From Callorhinchus milii (taxonomy: Eukaryota), in assembly GCF_018977255.1 (NCBI RefSeq), contig NW_024704742.1:48300001-48364000 (forward strand): a stretch of 64,000 nucleotides of DNA, read 5' to 3'. The number at the start of each line of letters is the position of its first letter. The stretch's first letter is position 1. The position numbers and the translations under genes are program-made. Shown here one piece after another: positions 1-11,206 of this stretch. The notes beneath the pieces are model-generated. The model was given only the letters and a program-made list of their open reading frames with translations, was not told the DNA's origin and ran no database searches.

Positions 1-1535
1 CTAACCTTTCACCTGCTTCAATCGGCACCTGTAGTACTCAAAGTGCTTCCATCTAACAGACCGAATATATGCCCATTCAGTAACACACATAGCTGTAGAT
101 ATGAAACACAGCAGCAGCCACTTTTTTTTATAAAAAGTCCTTACACTGTGAACATAAGTAGCGAGAAATTAAAATAATTTTTCAAACCGTAGTTACCTTT
201 TGCAAAGAATGACTGATTTACATGGCTTCCCATGCAGAATCTTGAACTTACAAGAAGCTAACTTCTCAGCAGGCTGAGTTATAGAATGAGCTACCTTTCA
301 GAACCTATTAGCATTACCCAGTTCTAGGTCACAAAAGAAAAATAAAGGAGGGTATTCTTTAAAACACAAATCGTAACCTACCTCTCGAAGACTTCAGACA
401 TTAGATACCGGTGATCCTTCTCTTCATCAGCACTTTCCTAAGACACGAAAATGTTTTGGCAGCACACAACCCACATCTTCTTTTATGATCAAGGTTAATA
501 CAGTAAGGAGTGCCCAGAAACTCCCTCCAATGCTATTTACTGCAGCAAAACTTCTGTGGCTTCACTTGACCGTGAGTTGTTTTCTCTCTGCCCCAACACT
601 TTCAGCCCTTGGAAAGTGTAATGAAGTTTGGGAGTCTTACAATTAGACCTTGTTAATCTAAAATACCTGACTCTTACTGACCTAAGCTGCACATTCCATA
701 GGGCTAAATAACAGCTCAAAAGCTATACTGCGAGAACAAATTCCTAGCAGGTCTTAAGAAGTGTGAGGCATTATTCTCTCCGAGCTGGTTTGCAGACCAC
801 TTGTGGCTGTTCAGCACAAGCTGCCAGCTTATTGTAGCCCAAACTAAGATTGTGACTTTCAACTCGCAACTTGTTTTGTCTCCTTCTTCCTCCTGGTCTC
901 TTTTCTCCTCACACAAGCAAGTGCTTGACTGAAGTCAGTGCCCTGCCCCAAAAGCCACCAAACCTGAATTTTACTGCAACTTCCCGTAAATCTAAATTGT
1001 AATTTTATCCTGTTCGCTGAGCCCTCTCTGGCGTCAGGCCAGCCTGGAGTTCCTGTTGAGGTAGGAGCATAGATACCTACCTTTTCTGTAGTGCACAATA
1101 GCGTTTAAAAAAAAAAGGGTGGATAGAAGGCAGAGACTGCGTGCTTCCAAAAAAAAAGGTTTGTTTGTTAATCAGGGTGACCTAGAATGGCGAACACAAC
1201 CTGTCGTCATGACAGAAGCAGAGAGTTACAATGTTTTGTGGGGGAGAATCCAGAGGCAAGCCAAAGGAGAAAGGCTGCTTTAGAGAATGCACCTGCTGTT
1301 GTTTCCTCACTGAGAATTCCTGAAGAAACCTGCGCCGGAGTTTCACCTGAGGAGCCCAGCAGTTCTGTATCCTCCCCAAATCCTTTTAAACCAAAACACA
1401 CCTTACCTTGAAAACTTTCAGGACTTGCTTTCAGCTGATTTTCGTTTGAAAAAGAACACTAAAACTATAGGCTGACGTGTTACCCAACCTGACAGACATC
1501 AGAATATTTAAAAGAGAGAAGCTGAACTCACTTAC

Positions 1536-1549
1536 CTGGGGCTAAACAT
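1536..1549 (-). CDS. Candidate first-exon micro-ORF (MFSP + 2 nt) ending at a consensus splice donor
   Basis: Minus strand reads aaGCC-ATG-TTT-AGC-CCC-AG|GTAAGTGAG (perfect donor, GT at 1535-1534). Repeat-free context. Gene identity unknown; the exon may be non-coding. Confidence 0.35.
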
Positions 1550-1900
1550 GGCTTGGATTTAAAGTGGCAAGCAAGGTATGTCTCTTAACAGAAACTCATG
1601 ACCTTTCAGGTGTTTTCATAGCATCACACTACTTGTGACTCACCCAGAAACAGGTAGGTCAAACATTCACCCACCTGCCCTCTTCCCACCCTCCCCTTTT
1701 GTGGAGGGACTAGGAATCACTGGAGAGAAACAAATGAAGAACTAGTAAGACAGCAAATGAAGCCACAACATTAACTGTTCTTAGAACTGTCCCTGTGTGA
1801 CCTTCACCCACACAAACACAGCCATTCAAGCCACACAAACAGATAATCTATCTACCTCCCTTCCCTCTACAATCTCAAAGGGGTAAGCTCTGTGACAAAT
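1550..1900. promoter_or_regulatory. Putative promoter region upstream of the minus-strand donor
   Basis: Repeat-free. AP-1 TGACTCA 1636-1642, CACCC/C-rich boxes 1668-1697, GATA AGATAA 1841-1846. Plus-strand donor-like sites appear here (AAG|GTATGT ~1575, CAG|GTAGGT ~1653). Confidence 0.3.
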
Positions 1901-2274
1901 TGAATTAAAGTTTATAGTAAACTTACATCAGCCAACAGGAATCAAGTGCATTGTTTGTGTTAAAATATCTTGCAATAGGAATTTGATGCTAACGGAAAAA
2001 CATTGCTATTTACTGTGATTCACAGACAGGTCTAGAATTCAACCAATTGCTGTTTTCTGACCACAAGTATATTCCTGAGCCTTTCACATCGGGAGGATAC
2101 TCGAAGCACTTCAGAAGGTATCCTGTAGAGTCTAATAACTAGTGTAGACAAATGTGGCAGCCAATTTGCACACAGCAATCAACAATTTATAAACAGCCAT
2201 GAAGGGAACGTCCAATAAGCAAAAGAGAAGTGCCCCTACTGCCTGAATCCTATCTATAGTATATATCTATACCC

Positions 2275-2450
2275 ATATTCCTGAATGGGATTTCTAACTA
2301 AGGAATCTCATTAGAATTCCTGTTGTTCTGTAGAAGTTCCAGAAATAGATGCTGAGGGTAACAGTTGGTCAGCGTGAAAGTGTGTTCAATTATTGGGGGG
2401 AATCCTAGTGACTCCAATTTCTTATGTAGGAATCTCATTAGAAATATTGA
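2275..2450 (+). repeat. Unclassified old interspersed repeat (related copies 13720-13880 +, 15063-15242 -)
   Basis: Shared motifs 'aaggaatctcattagaattcctgttg' and 'ggaatc..attaagaa' in three places, one inverted. Confidence 0.5.
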
Positions 2451-2727
2451 AATGAGCTATTAATGCCGAACTCCCCAAATGGCCAACTGCCTCTGTTTCC
2501 ATCTATGCAAATTCATGACTTCATGATATTAAAATGCATGAAAGCTACTGGGCTGAGGCCTGCAGTATTGACAATACTGTATGAAGTGTGCAGAGGGCTA
2601 AGCAGTAATGGTATGAACTGATGATACATCATAGACACTTATCTGGAGATGTGCAAACTTATTAATTCTGATTTCACTCGCAGTGGCATTCACTGAACTT
2701 ATGTTAAATTGAAGATTGCCTACAAAT

Positions 2728-3140
2728 GGAGTCCTGTAGCTTAGTGGTTAGAGCACTCACCTCACAAGCGAGATGACCTGGGTTTGATTCCTGGGCAGGG
2801 GGAAATGTTGGACAGGTTTCCTTACTTCACACGCCGCTGTTTACCTAGCAGTAAGTAGGAAACCAATTGTTAGTCGATTGGGCATCACTTTTCCAGAGGG
2901 TAATAATCCTGCCAAAAAAGCAGATGTGGTCACTCAATCCATGATTGTTTGTAGTACACGGCTGTGTGCAACTGGCTACTGCGTTTCACCCACAGATATA
3001 CAGTCAATGCATTTTACAGTTCGCCCACAAATATATAGTCAATTCACTTTACAGTCTATTCTGTGAAGCGCTTTGAGAAGTCGAGAAGACGTGAAATATA
3101 CTGTATCAAATGTAAGGATTATTATTATTATATTATTATT
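2728..3140 (+). mobile_element. Full-length tRNA-headed Deu-type SINE, long variant
   Basis: Head GGAGTCCTGTAGCTTAGTGGTTAGAGCAC with A box and B box (GGTTTGATTCC); Deu-like 'gtttgt..gctgtgtgcaa.tggct' core; L2-like 3' end with (ATT)n tail. Confidence 0.9.
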
Positions 3141-3316
3141 ACAGTATATTCTGTGAAGCTCTTTGAGACATCTTGGAAGATGTGATCAGGCACTATATCA
3201 AATGCAAGGATTATTATTATTACAAATACACCATAACTCCACAATAAAATCCTGTGAATCGCTTTGGGACATCCTCCTGACATGAAAGGAGTTATACCAA
3301 ATGCAAGGATTATTAT
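3141..3316 (+). mobile_element. Two additional stacked SINE 3' tails
   Basis: 'ctgtgaa..gctttg.gacatc...aaatgcaaggattatt' occurs at 3141-3221 and again at 3245-3316. Confidence 0.8.
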
Positions 3317-3379
3317 TTATTTATATAACCTGTAGGTGCCCAATATCTACCAGTTGTGCACATGAGCCACATTTACCCA

Positions 3380-3697
3380 AAAAGTTCCATGCTCTGATCC
3401 CTGATCTGTACTGAGTTAGCTGATTTTATCTGGGACAAGAATGAAGAGGAAGGGCAGGTACAACTGGTCTTAGATGCCCCTGGCTTAGGAGGGGCTAAAA
3501 ATCAGCCAAGCGTTCTGCTTCTGATCGCTACCTCTGATCACTTACCCCTCCCACCCCCACTCATGGGAAGGTAAACGGGTGTGAATGTTGGGTAAGAACA
3601 ACAGATCCAGGCTTGACTAATCGCCTCACCCCGCTGACACTCACTGTCAATGACTACAAATGAAGAATAGCCACTTGAGTGGGGTACTGGAGGGCAA
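3380..3697 (+). mobile_element. Ancient SINE-like interspersed repeat (related: 33455-33720 -, 18225-18315 +, 50810-50875 +)
   Basis: Motifs 'ctgagttagctgat', 'aaaatcagcca', 'ctgatcgcta' and 'tgaagaatagccacttg...ggtactggaggg'; degenerate matches elsewhere in the window. Family not named with certainty. Confidence 0.55.
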
Positions 3698-3704
3698 CAA
3701 ATAC

Positions 3705-3726
3705 CTTTACGATAGTATCTCGGCAT
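3705..3726 (-). CDS. Candidate alternative first exon (MPRYYRK + 1 nt)
   Basis: gacATG CCG AGA TAC TAT CGT AAA G|GTATTT, with a CpG-retaining leader at 3727-3800. Confidence 0.2.
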
Positions 3727-4051
3727 GTCAGCCCCTTCAGGTGAGGCGGGAAGAACGAATGAGGAAAGGCGGACAAAGGGAGATAAACGCCAGCTTTTGT
3801 GTGTAAAGGGCAATAAACACAGCACTTCTCATTTCAGTGGGTTACAATGTGTCTCATCACTATTTCTTCCCATAAACTCTTACTGTTGACCTAGTCTGAC
3901 CTTGACAAACACACGCAGAATAAAGGCAGAGTACAGTCTCTCGCCAGGGCTGCATTTATACGTTGTTACTCTATAACCAACTCACGCTACTATCGTAGAT
4001 TTCAAAAGCTCTCAGCTGGAGTAAGGATTCAAAATCTCTTATTTTGTTCTT

Positions 4052-4187
4052 CAACAACAACAACTTGCCCTTATACAGCTCCCTCCATGCAGGGTAGCGT
4101 CTCAGAGCACTTAACTGTGGCGGAGCCTGATTCCAAGCCGGGGGAGTGGGGTGGTTAGGTGGTCGTGAGCACGGTTGAAGAGGAAGG
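4052..4187 (-). mobile_element. L2 LINE 3' end fragment
   Basis: (CAA)n tail followed by 'gcagggtagcgtctcagagc', matching the L2 3' end at 35940-36005. Confidence 0.8.
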
Positions 4188-4384
4188 TAAAATCCTGTGA
4201 ATCGCTTTGGGACGTCCTCCTGACATGAAAGGAGTTATACCAAATGCAAGGATTATTAATTATTTATATAACCTGTAGGTGCCCAAAATCTACCAGTTGT
4301 GCACATGAACCATATTTACCCAAAAGGTTCCATGCTCTGATCCCTGATCTGTACTGAGTTAGCTGATCTCATCTGGGACAAGAA

Positions 4385-4762
4385 CTTAATAGAAGTTTTC
4401 CAAATTATGAGGGGATTCAATAGGGTGAATAAGGAAAAACTATTTCCACTGGTGGGTGGGTCAATAACCCGAGGGCACCGATTTAAAATAGTTATGCAAA
4501 GAAACAGAAGGGAGGTGAGGAGAATTTTTTTTACACAGCGAGTTGTTTGGATCTGGAATGCATTGCCTGAAAGGGTGGTGGAAGCCAATTCGATAACAAC
4601 TTTTAAGAGAGAAGTAGATAATTATTTGGGGAGGACAAGCTTGCAGGGCTATGGGGAGAGAGCGGGGGAGTGGGATTGATTTGGATAGCACTTTTCAAAG
4701 AGCTGGCACAGACACGATGGGTCGAATGGCCTCTTTCTGTGCTGTATAATTCTATGATTCTA
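4385..4762 (+). mobile_element. CR1 LINE 3' fragment (ORF2 C-terminus + 3' UTR)
   Basis: ORF 4407-4679 has the CR1 C-terminal motif TRGHRFKI...FFTQRVVWIWNALPERVVEA; (ATTCTATG)-type tail. Confidence 0.92.
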
Positions 4763-5583
4763 AGATTGAAGAGGAAGGGCAGGTATAACTGGTTTTAGTA
4801 CAAACCCGCTTGTTAGTCGATTGATGGATCACTTTCCGGGGGTAATAATCCCTTCAAAATAATAATAATAAAGTGGTCACTCAATCCATGACTGTTTGTG
4901 GAACACTGCTGTGCGCAATTGGCTGCCGCGTTTCACCCGCAAAACATACTGTCACTACACTTATTGGTTTCAGCCAACAGCAACACGACAACTTGCATTT
5001 ATATAGTGCCCCTGATAAAGGGTAGTGTCCCAGTCCTACTCCTTGACTCCAGCACAGTCTTTAGGTCAGAAGCTGGCCATGGGCACCAAAAGGAACTGCC
5101 AACCAGGAAGCACACTAAATGCTAAGATGACTGTACTGACCTTTGACTCCACCTCACCTCTGCCTCATATCCCCAATGAGGGAGGTACCAGTTAAACTAT
5201 TGGTATTTGTTTTGTTTCTTCACGGGAAAGCATGAGAAATTATTTTTCTTCATCATTGTTATTACTTTAACAATGCTTTAATGTTTCGGTTCCTGGTGGT
5301 TCAAGAGTCCTGGAAGCTGTAATAAAACGCTTTTATAAAATCTCTGAATTCCTGGACACCGCTTGCATCAAATGACATTCCCCATATACAAGAACCATAG
5401 TTAAGAGATTTTAACTGTTTTCTCCATTACAGTAGAGGCCATGGAGGAGGGGGGCAGGGGAGGAAGAGGGTGCCTGAAATCCGACAATCTTACTCCTAGC
5501 TTTATTTACAATTCCACTGCTATTATCTGGTTTGTAGAGCCAAAAAACACTCTTAACAGTAGATCATGTTAGGACAAGATTTT

Positions 5584-5935
5584 TGACGTCATTTGGATCC
5601 TTACTTAATGAAACTAAAACATCCACCCAGAAGCAGAATGTCCCAGGCTTACTCACTCCATTTCTCCAGTATTCATTTTCCATTTCATTCCAGTATTCAT
5701 TCAAATTTCCTGTATGCGGAGAGAATGGGAGATGAACTAGGAGTCAGGTCACTGCTTGAGCAGATCATGAGTCAGGAAAACCAAACCTTGTACACTAACC
5801 AGATAAACCAGACTCCTGAGTCAGGCTTGCCAATATAGCGTGTTCACTAGGTCATGTTACTCCCCCTGTTTTTTACTTACAATTAAGTTTTATTTTCTTT
5901 TCAGAGTGATTCATGTGTAACAATGTCTGACGCCA
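5584..5935. promoter_or_regulatory. CRE/AP-1 motif cluster, candidate enhancer
   Basis: TGACGTCA 5584-5591; TGAGTCA 5768-5774 and 5817-5823; variants TTACTCA ~5649, TGATTCA ~5907, TGACGCCA ~5928. Confidence 0.35.
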
Positions 5936-6172
5936 GTAACTTCTCCGTCACTCCATTCATGTTATGGAAGATGGATTATTATCTGCCGTGCAAATGATGG
6001 AGCTCACACCGATCCTAGAGACGTCTAAATACAGCTAAACACCGGTACTGAATACAAATAAGAACTTCAAAATACAAATATCATCATTCTTACACATGTT
6101 TAAAGTTGTTGGTCAGTGCACTGCAAAAAAAAGGGGGTTAAGAGGACTTTGTGAACACCCTGTGCAGACAAA

Positions 6173-6412
6173 TTTAGAAATTCAACCTGGATCTGTATTT
6201 ACTCTATTTATGCAGCAATTCAGTGTGGCTTGAATTTGGCAAATTGTTGAATTCAATCTTAACTTTGAAAGTGTTTTCCTAACATCTTTAAAAGAACCTA
6301 CAGTTAACAGGCTTCAAAACTACGACAGGAGTTGTTTGAATTTGTCAAATCATGGACGATGTAAAATGCTAAGAAAATGAAATAAAACTGGAGCCCAGCT
6401 GGAATTTCTCCC
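6173..6412. mobile_element. Degenerate foldback MITE, same family as 13271-13476
   Basis: Termini 'agaaattcaacctggatct' and 'agcccagctggaatttctccc'. The central part is the reverse complement of that in the 13.3 kb copy. Confidence 0.6.
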
Positions 6413-7029
6413 TCTGCAGTGTAAACGTAGTGTGAAATTAGCAAAATTTACAAAAGCGTGAATTTGTTTGTGTGATAAGCAACATCATGCATAATATTGC
6501 TGCCAATCTGAGAGCAAATCTGATCCCTCTGCACCAGCATAAATAGGAAACATAATGTAAGTTTTATAAAGTTACTAGTTTATGCTTTATTCAGGTACCT
6601 CCTCCAGGCCTGTGCTGGTGATGGATTGTGTATTCATGAGTTCACCTGAAAACTTCTGCAGGATGGTCCTTGGAAATAGGTCAAGAAACACAAAGAGCTC
6701 CAATGTGAGTGATAAAAATATCCAATTGTGGAGTTAGCACACATTCACGATACCATGTCAATGTACAAGACTGCATTATATAATGTTACATTGGAGGGGA
6801 TGCATTGGGAATTCAATCAGGGAAGCTCTAATAGTACCACCTCTAGGGATATACCATAACAACAAAAACAACGTTTGTTTATATAATGCTTTGGATACTG
6901 TCTTGAGTTAAAAATGCTCAATGAGACTCTACTGCTTTGAGGGTTAAACTTGTGGTCGACACAGTTTCACTTTTATAGCTTGTAAATAGAGCTTCTGAGG
7001 AGGAAGACATGTATCTAGAATCATGGGTG

Positions 7030-7190
7030 ATAATAATAAGCATCATAATAATCCTTGCATTTGATATAGAGCCTTATCATGTCTCAAAGATGTCTCAAAG
7101 CACTTCACAGAATATACTGTAAATTGAATTATTTTGTGGGCGAAACGCGGCAGCCAATTATGCACATAAGTATCCCACAAACAATTAAGG
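7030..7190 (-). mobile_element. SINE 3' half
   Basis: Reverse complement of the SINE tail and Deu core. Confidence 0.85.
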
Positions 7191-7399
7191 ATTGAGACTA
7201 CATGATATGATTTTCTTGCTGTCTCTGTGCTGCTTTTCACTTCAAGACTAGAAAATCTACAGTCACCATACTCTACAGTAAATTACACTAGCTATTCTGT
7301 GAAGTTCCTTGTGATGTCCTCCTGTCATGAAAGGTTCTGTATCAAATGCAAGGGTTATTATTATCAATAAGACATAGTGCCAATTCCTTCATGTACAGT

Positions 7400-7593
7400 G
7401 GGGTAGAATTTGTGATTTCTTTTACAGGATTGCTGGAATGTGAATGGTGCAAATGGAACTGCTTCCAATATCCAAGCATACACCACATCAATCCGCAGGA
7501 AATCCGCTCTAACGTAATAGAGTTCAGATCAGAGTTCCCACAGAGCGAGAGGAATTCTAACCCGATCCCTTGAAGAAATATCTCAAATTTTCC
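7400..7593. mobile_element. MITE-like element with imperfect terminal inverted repeats
   Basis: 'ggggtagaatttgtgatttctt' pairs with 'aagaaatatctcaaattttcc'. Confidence 0.45.
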
Positions 7594-7599
7594 AGGGCT

Positions 7600-7780
7600 A
7601 TTGATCCTTCAAAAAAACATTAATAAATTGGTCACTCAATCCACGACTGTTTGTGGGACACTGCTGTGTGCAATTGGCTGCCGTGTTTCGCCCACAAATA
7701 TACAGTCAATTCACTTACAGTATATTCTGTGAAGCGCTTTGAGACGTCTTGAAGACATGAATTATTATTATATTATATAT
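7600..7780 (+). mobile_element. SINE 3' half
   Basis: 'aattggtcactcaatccacgactgtttgtgggacactgctgtg...gcgctttgagacgtc'. Confidence 0.85.
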
Positions 7781-8640
7781 AAATTGGATCATGGGAGTTA
7801 ATCTGTGTTTATCACATCAAAGTTATTCAATGTGGCACATTTTCTGAGCACAAGCTCAGAAATCTCAGAAGAGATTTCAATGCTTTGTGAACTGTTAATT
7901 AAAAATACACAGACTGACCTTTAATATTAGATTAAAAGGCAAAGGACAGGTCCAATTAAATGAGCAAAACTGTCAAAAAAAAAGCAGTGTCTTTCTCTCC
8001 TTACACCAGCAGATGTCTCGTTAAAAGAACACCCTTGGAGGATATTGCAATATTTGGCTATCAGGAGGTAAAAGGTGAAGATCTGAATGAAAGGGCTGAG
8101 TCCCGATGACGTTTCTGCTGCTGACAAGACTGATACTGAGGCAGATATTTAAGAGGCCTCGTTCACCTTCTGTCAACACTCCAGCTTCTTTGATGCATCA
8201 ACAAACAATAAAATCTCTGATGTAACACTGGTTGTGCATGTTAGATGACTGACAAACCTCTATAACTGTTCAACTGGACAGTCCAGTATTCAAGCCTCAC
8301 CTTAACCCTCCCAGTATAGACCTGACCTTGTTAACTCTGTCCAGCAGAACAAACTGAGACCCCGAGGATGATTTTAAGTGATAGTTTCTTAAAGAAATTA
8401 TCTAGTGTTTATTGGCATAATAATAACTGTTGCAAGAAAGAATCCCTTTTCAGCTGAGGTAGCAGCATATTTGCACTTCACGCATGTTTCTGTGAGCAAT
8501 GTGTTGGGAAATAAAACAACAACTTGCATTGAGCACCCCTCAAGCAGGGTAACTTCCCAGAGCGTTTCACCAGAAAATAGGGAAGACATGAAATAACCTT
8601 AACTGAAACCCCCAAATCCCACTCATTTCAGTGCGTATTA

Positions 8641-10022
8641 ACAACAATACAGCAACTTGCATTTATATAGCGCCCCTCAAGCAGGATAGTGTCCCAGAGC
8701 GCTTGATAGTGGTGGAGCACAATGCCGAGCTAGGGGGAGTGGGGAGGTGACCGTAGGCACGGTCGAAAAGGAAGGTCTTCTGGTGCGTTCTGAAGATGGG
8801 GAAGAAAGGGGCAAGATGGAGCGATAGAGGAAGAGTGTTTCAGAGTTTCGCGGTGTAGTGGCTGAAAGTGTGGCCACCGATAGTGGAACAACAACCCAAC
8901 AAAATTACATTTGTACAGCGCCTTTCACATCGGAAGGACAATCCAAGGCGCTGGACAGTCAGTGTTTCAGATCTACGCTGGGGGTCGGGATCAGGGCGGG
9001 TGGAGGGCAGGGGGGGAAGGAGTGTGATTGAAGACACATTCAAAGAGGAGGGTCTTGAGCTGGGTCTTGAAGGAGGCAAAGGAGGGGGCGAGATGGAGGG
9101 ACTGTGGAAATCAATTCCAGATGGTGGGGCAGAGTGACTGAAGGCTCGTCTGCCAATGATGGAGCAGGCAAGGCGGGGGACATGAAGCAGGCCGGACCTC
9201 ACTGAGCGGAGAGCCTGGGCAGGTTGGTAGGGAGTTAGGAGGTCTTGGAGGTAGGGGGAGCAAAAACATGGAGGGCTTTGAAGATGAGGACCAGGATCTT
9301 GAACCAACCTCTGTCTGATGGGAAGCCAGTGGAGTCGGGCAAGGACGGGGGTGACAGGATCACGGAGCCTGGTGCTGGAGAGAACATGGGCTGCAGAGTT
9401 CTGGATGATCTGCAGCCTATGGAGGGAGGAGTTAGGGAAGCCGACAAGCAGGGAGTTTGCATAGTCAAGGTTAGATGTTATGAATGCGTGTATGAGGGTT
9501 TCGACAGTGGCTGAGCCAGGTGATGTTGTGGAGGAGGGGAAAGCAGAGCGAGTCATGGCACAGATGTGGGGTATAAAGGATAGTTGAGGGTTCAACAAGA
9601 CCCCAAGGTTCCGGACTGGCTCAGTGAGGTGGAGTGTGCAACCAGGGATGGTGATGCTGTCAGCGCCTGAGGTGAGGAGGGCTGACGGGAGCCAATCAGG
9701 AGAGCCTCGGCCTTGTTGACGTTCAACTGAAGAAAGTTAGCTCTCATCCAGGACTTGATGTCTGACAGACATTCTGGAGGGCACGAGAGACATGAAGGAG
9801 GCCAGAGCCAGTTGCGTGCAGGCAGTGGATTGTGCTTTGGGGAGTATGCAGGTAGGGAGGTGCCAGGGCATGAAAGTATTTGAAAGCGTTTGGCAATAGG
9901 CAGTCAGTGGAGCCTGGATGCAACTGGTGTGATGGCGGTACAGAGTTTAGTACGGGTGAGTATGCGGGCAGCCGAGTTTTCGATCAGCTGGATTTTGTGG
10001 ATGGTGGAGCTGGGGAGACCGG
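8641..10022 (-). mobile_element. Older L2 (8641-8887 + 9775-10022) interrupted by a second L2 (8888-9774)
   Basis: Two separate (CAA)n tails at 8641 and 8888. The inner copy encodes ETLIHAFITSNLDYANSLL...LHWLP (L2 ORF2 C-terminus, frameshifted). Confidence 0.9.
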
Positions 10023-10949
10023 TGATCATTCATTTTTGATAAATTCAAGCTATTTAAGAGTTAATATCGCTTGGTGGATTCATAGGCACTTTCAATCACT
10101 TGCTGTTAGAATGTTAATCTGGCTAAAACCCATTCAACTCTCCTCATTATATAAATCAATCATCATGTGTTTGCATTTCAAAGAACGGCTTGCTAGCACA
10201 ATCACTGCAAATGAGATATCCTTGGCTACCACCTACAGCCAAGGGTACACACAGCAACAAAGAGGAGCATATGGACATTGTTCCGTTAAACACTATATGC
10301 TAATTTGTTCAATTCAACAGAATCTGCAGTGTCCACATGCAGTGATATCAATTTACTTTACAATGGAACCACATATCCTGAATACATAGAGTGGACATGA
10401 AAGGTTCTCATTTCCAGCACGGGTGAATGCACATATCGGTAGGTAGAACTGTATTTCTGACATGCATGATGTCTGAAACATGGATCATCGAACGCTTTGA
10501 AGCATTTTGATACCAAAGCAGACTTCCTACATTTGTTCCTCACTATGTGATTCTAACTTGGAGTAAACATGATGGAAGTGAGAATGCACACACAGAGCAA
10601 AATTACCTTACTTATGAAGTGCTTCCTTCTCTTATGGTATTGCTTAACCACGGTTGCATGAGTGAAAACCACGACTCCCCTTTGTTTTGAGAACAAAGTC
10701 AGGCTGCAGATTACCAAACACTCACTGTATCTTTTAAAAAGTCGCTATTAGTACAATACAATTTCATTCATTTAGTACCTTTCATGTCGAAAGAACATCT
10801 CAAAGCTCATCCCTAGTACCAATTAATGGGGAAAAGCACTGGACCCAAATTAGCAAAAGTGATTTAAAATGCAGCCCTCCATTACCTCAGCAAATTTTGC
10901 CATCCATCATGTATGAGCCTGGAATGCTACTGTTGGCAAACTGGACAGC

Positions 10950-11205
10950 CAGCCATCATAACTTCCTGACTTTTGTATTCTATGCTCTTATTTATAAAGC
11001 TTAGTATCCCGTAAGCTTTTTTTTAACAGCTCTATCTACCTGTCCTGCCACCTTCAAAGATTTATTTATATGAACCCCCAGGTCTCTCTGTTCCTTCACC
11101 CCCTTTAAGATTCAGCTTATATTGTCTCTCCTCATTCTTCCTCTGAATATGCATCACTGTATTTCTCCACGTTAAACTTCATCTGCCACATGTCTGCCCA
11201 TTTTA
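10950..11205 (-). mobile_element. CR1 ORF2 internal fragment
   Basis: 'ctatctacctgtcctgccaccttcaaagat...ccccaggtctctctg' is typical of the reverse strand of CR1 ORF2. Confidence 0.7.
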
Positions 11206-11206
11206 C

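Noticed and set aside
1536..1549. Pellino (PELI1/2) start MFSP
   Set aside because: Pellino continues toward KYGELxVLG. Here the frame meets a donor or stop after four codons, and no such motif is present.
3950..3962. Minus-strand TATA box (TATAAATGCA)
   Set aside because: The same word is part of the abundant L2 tail, so it is not discriminating.
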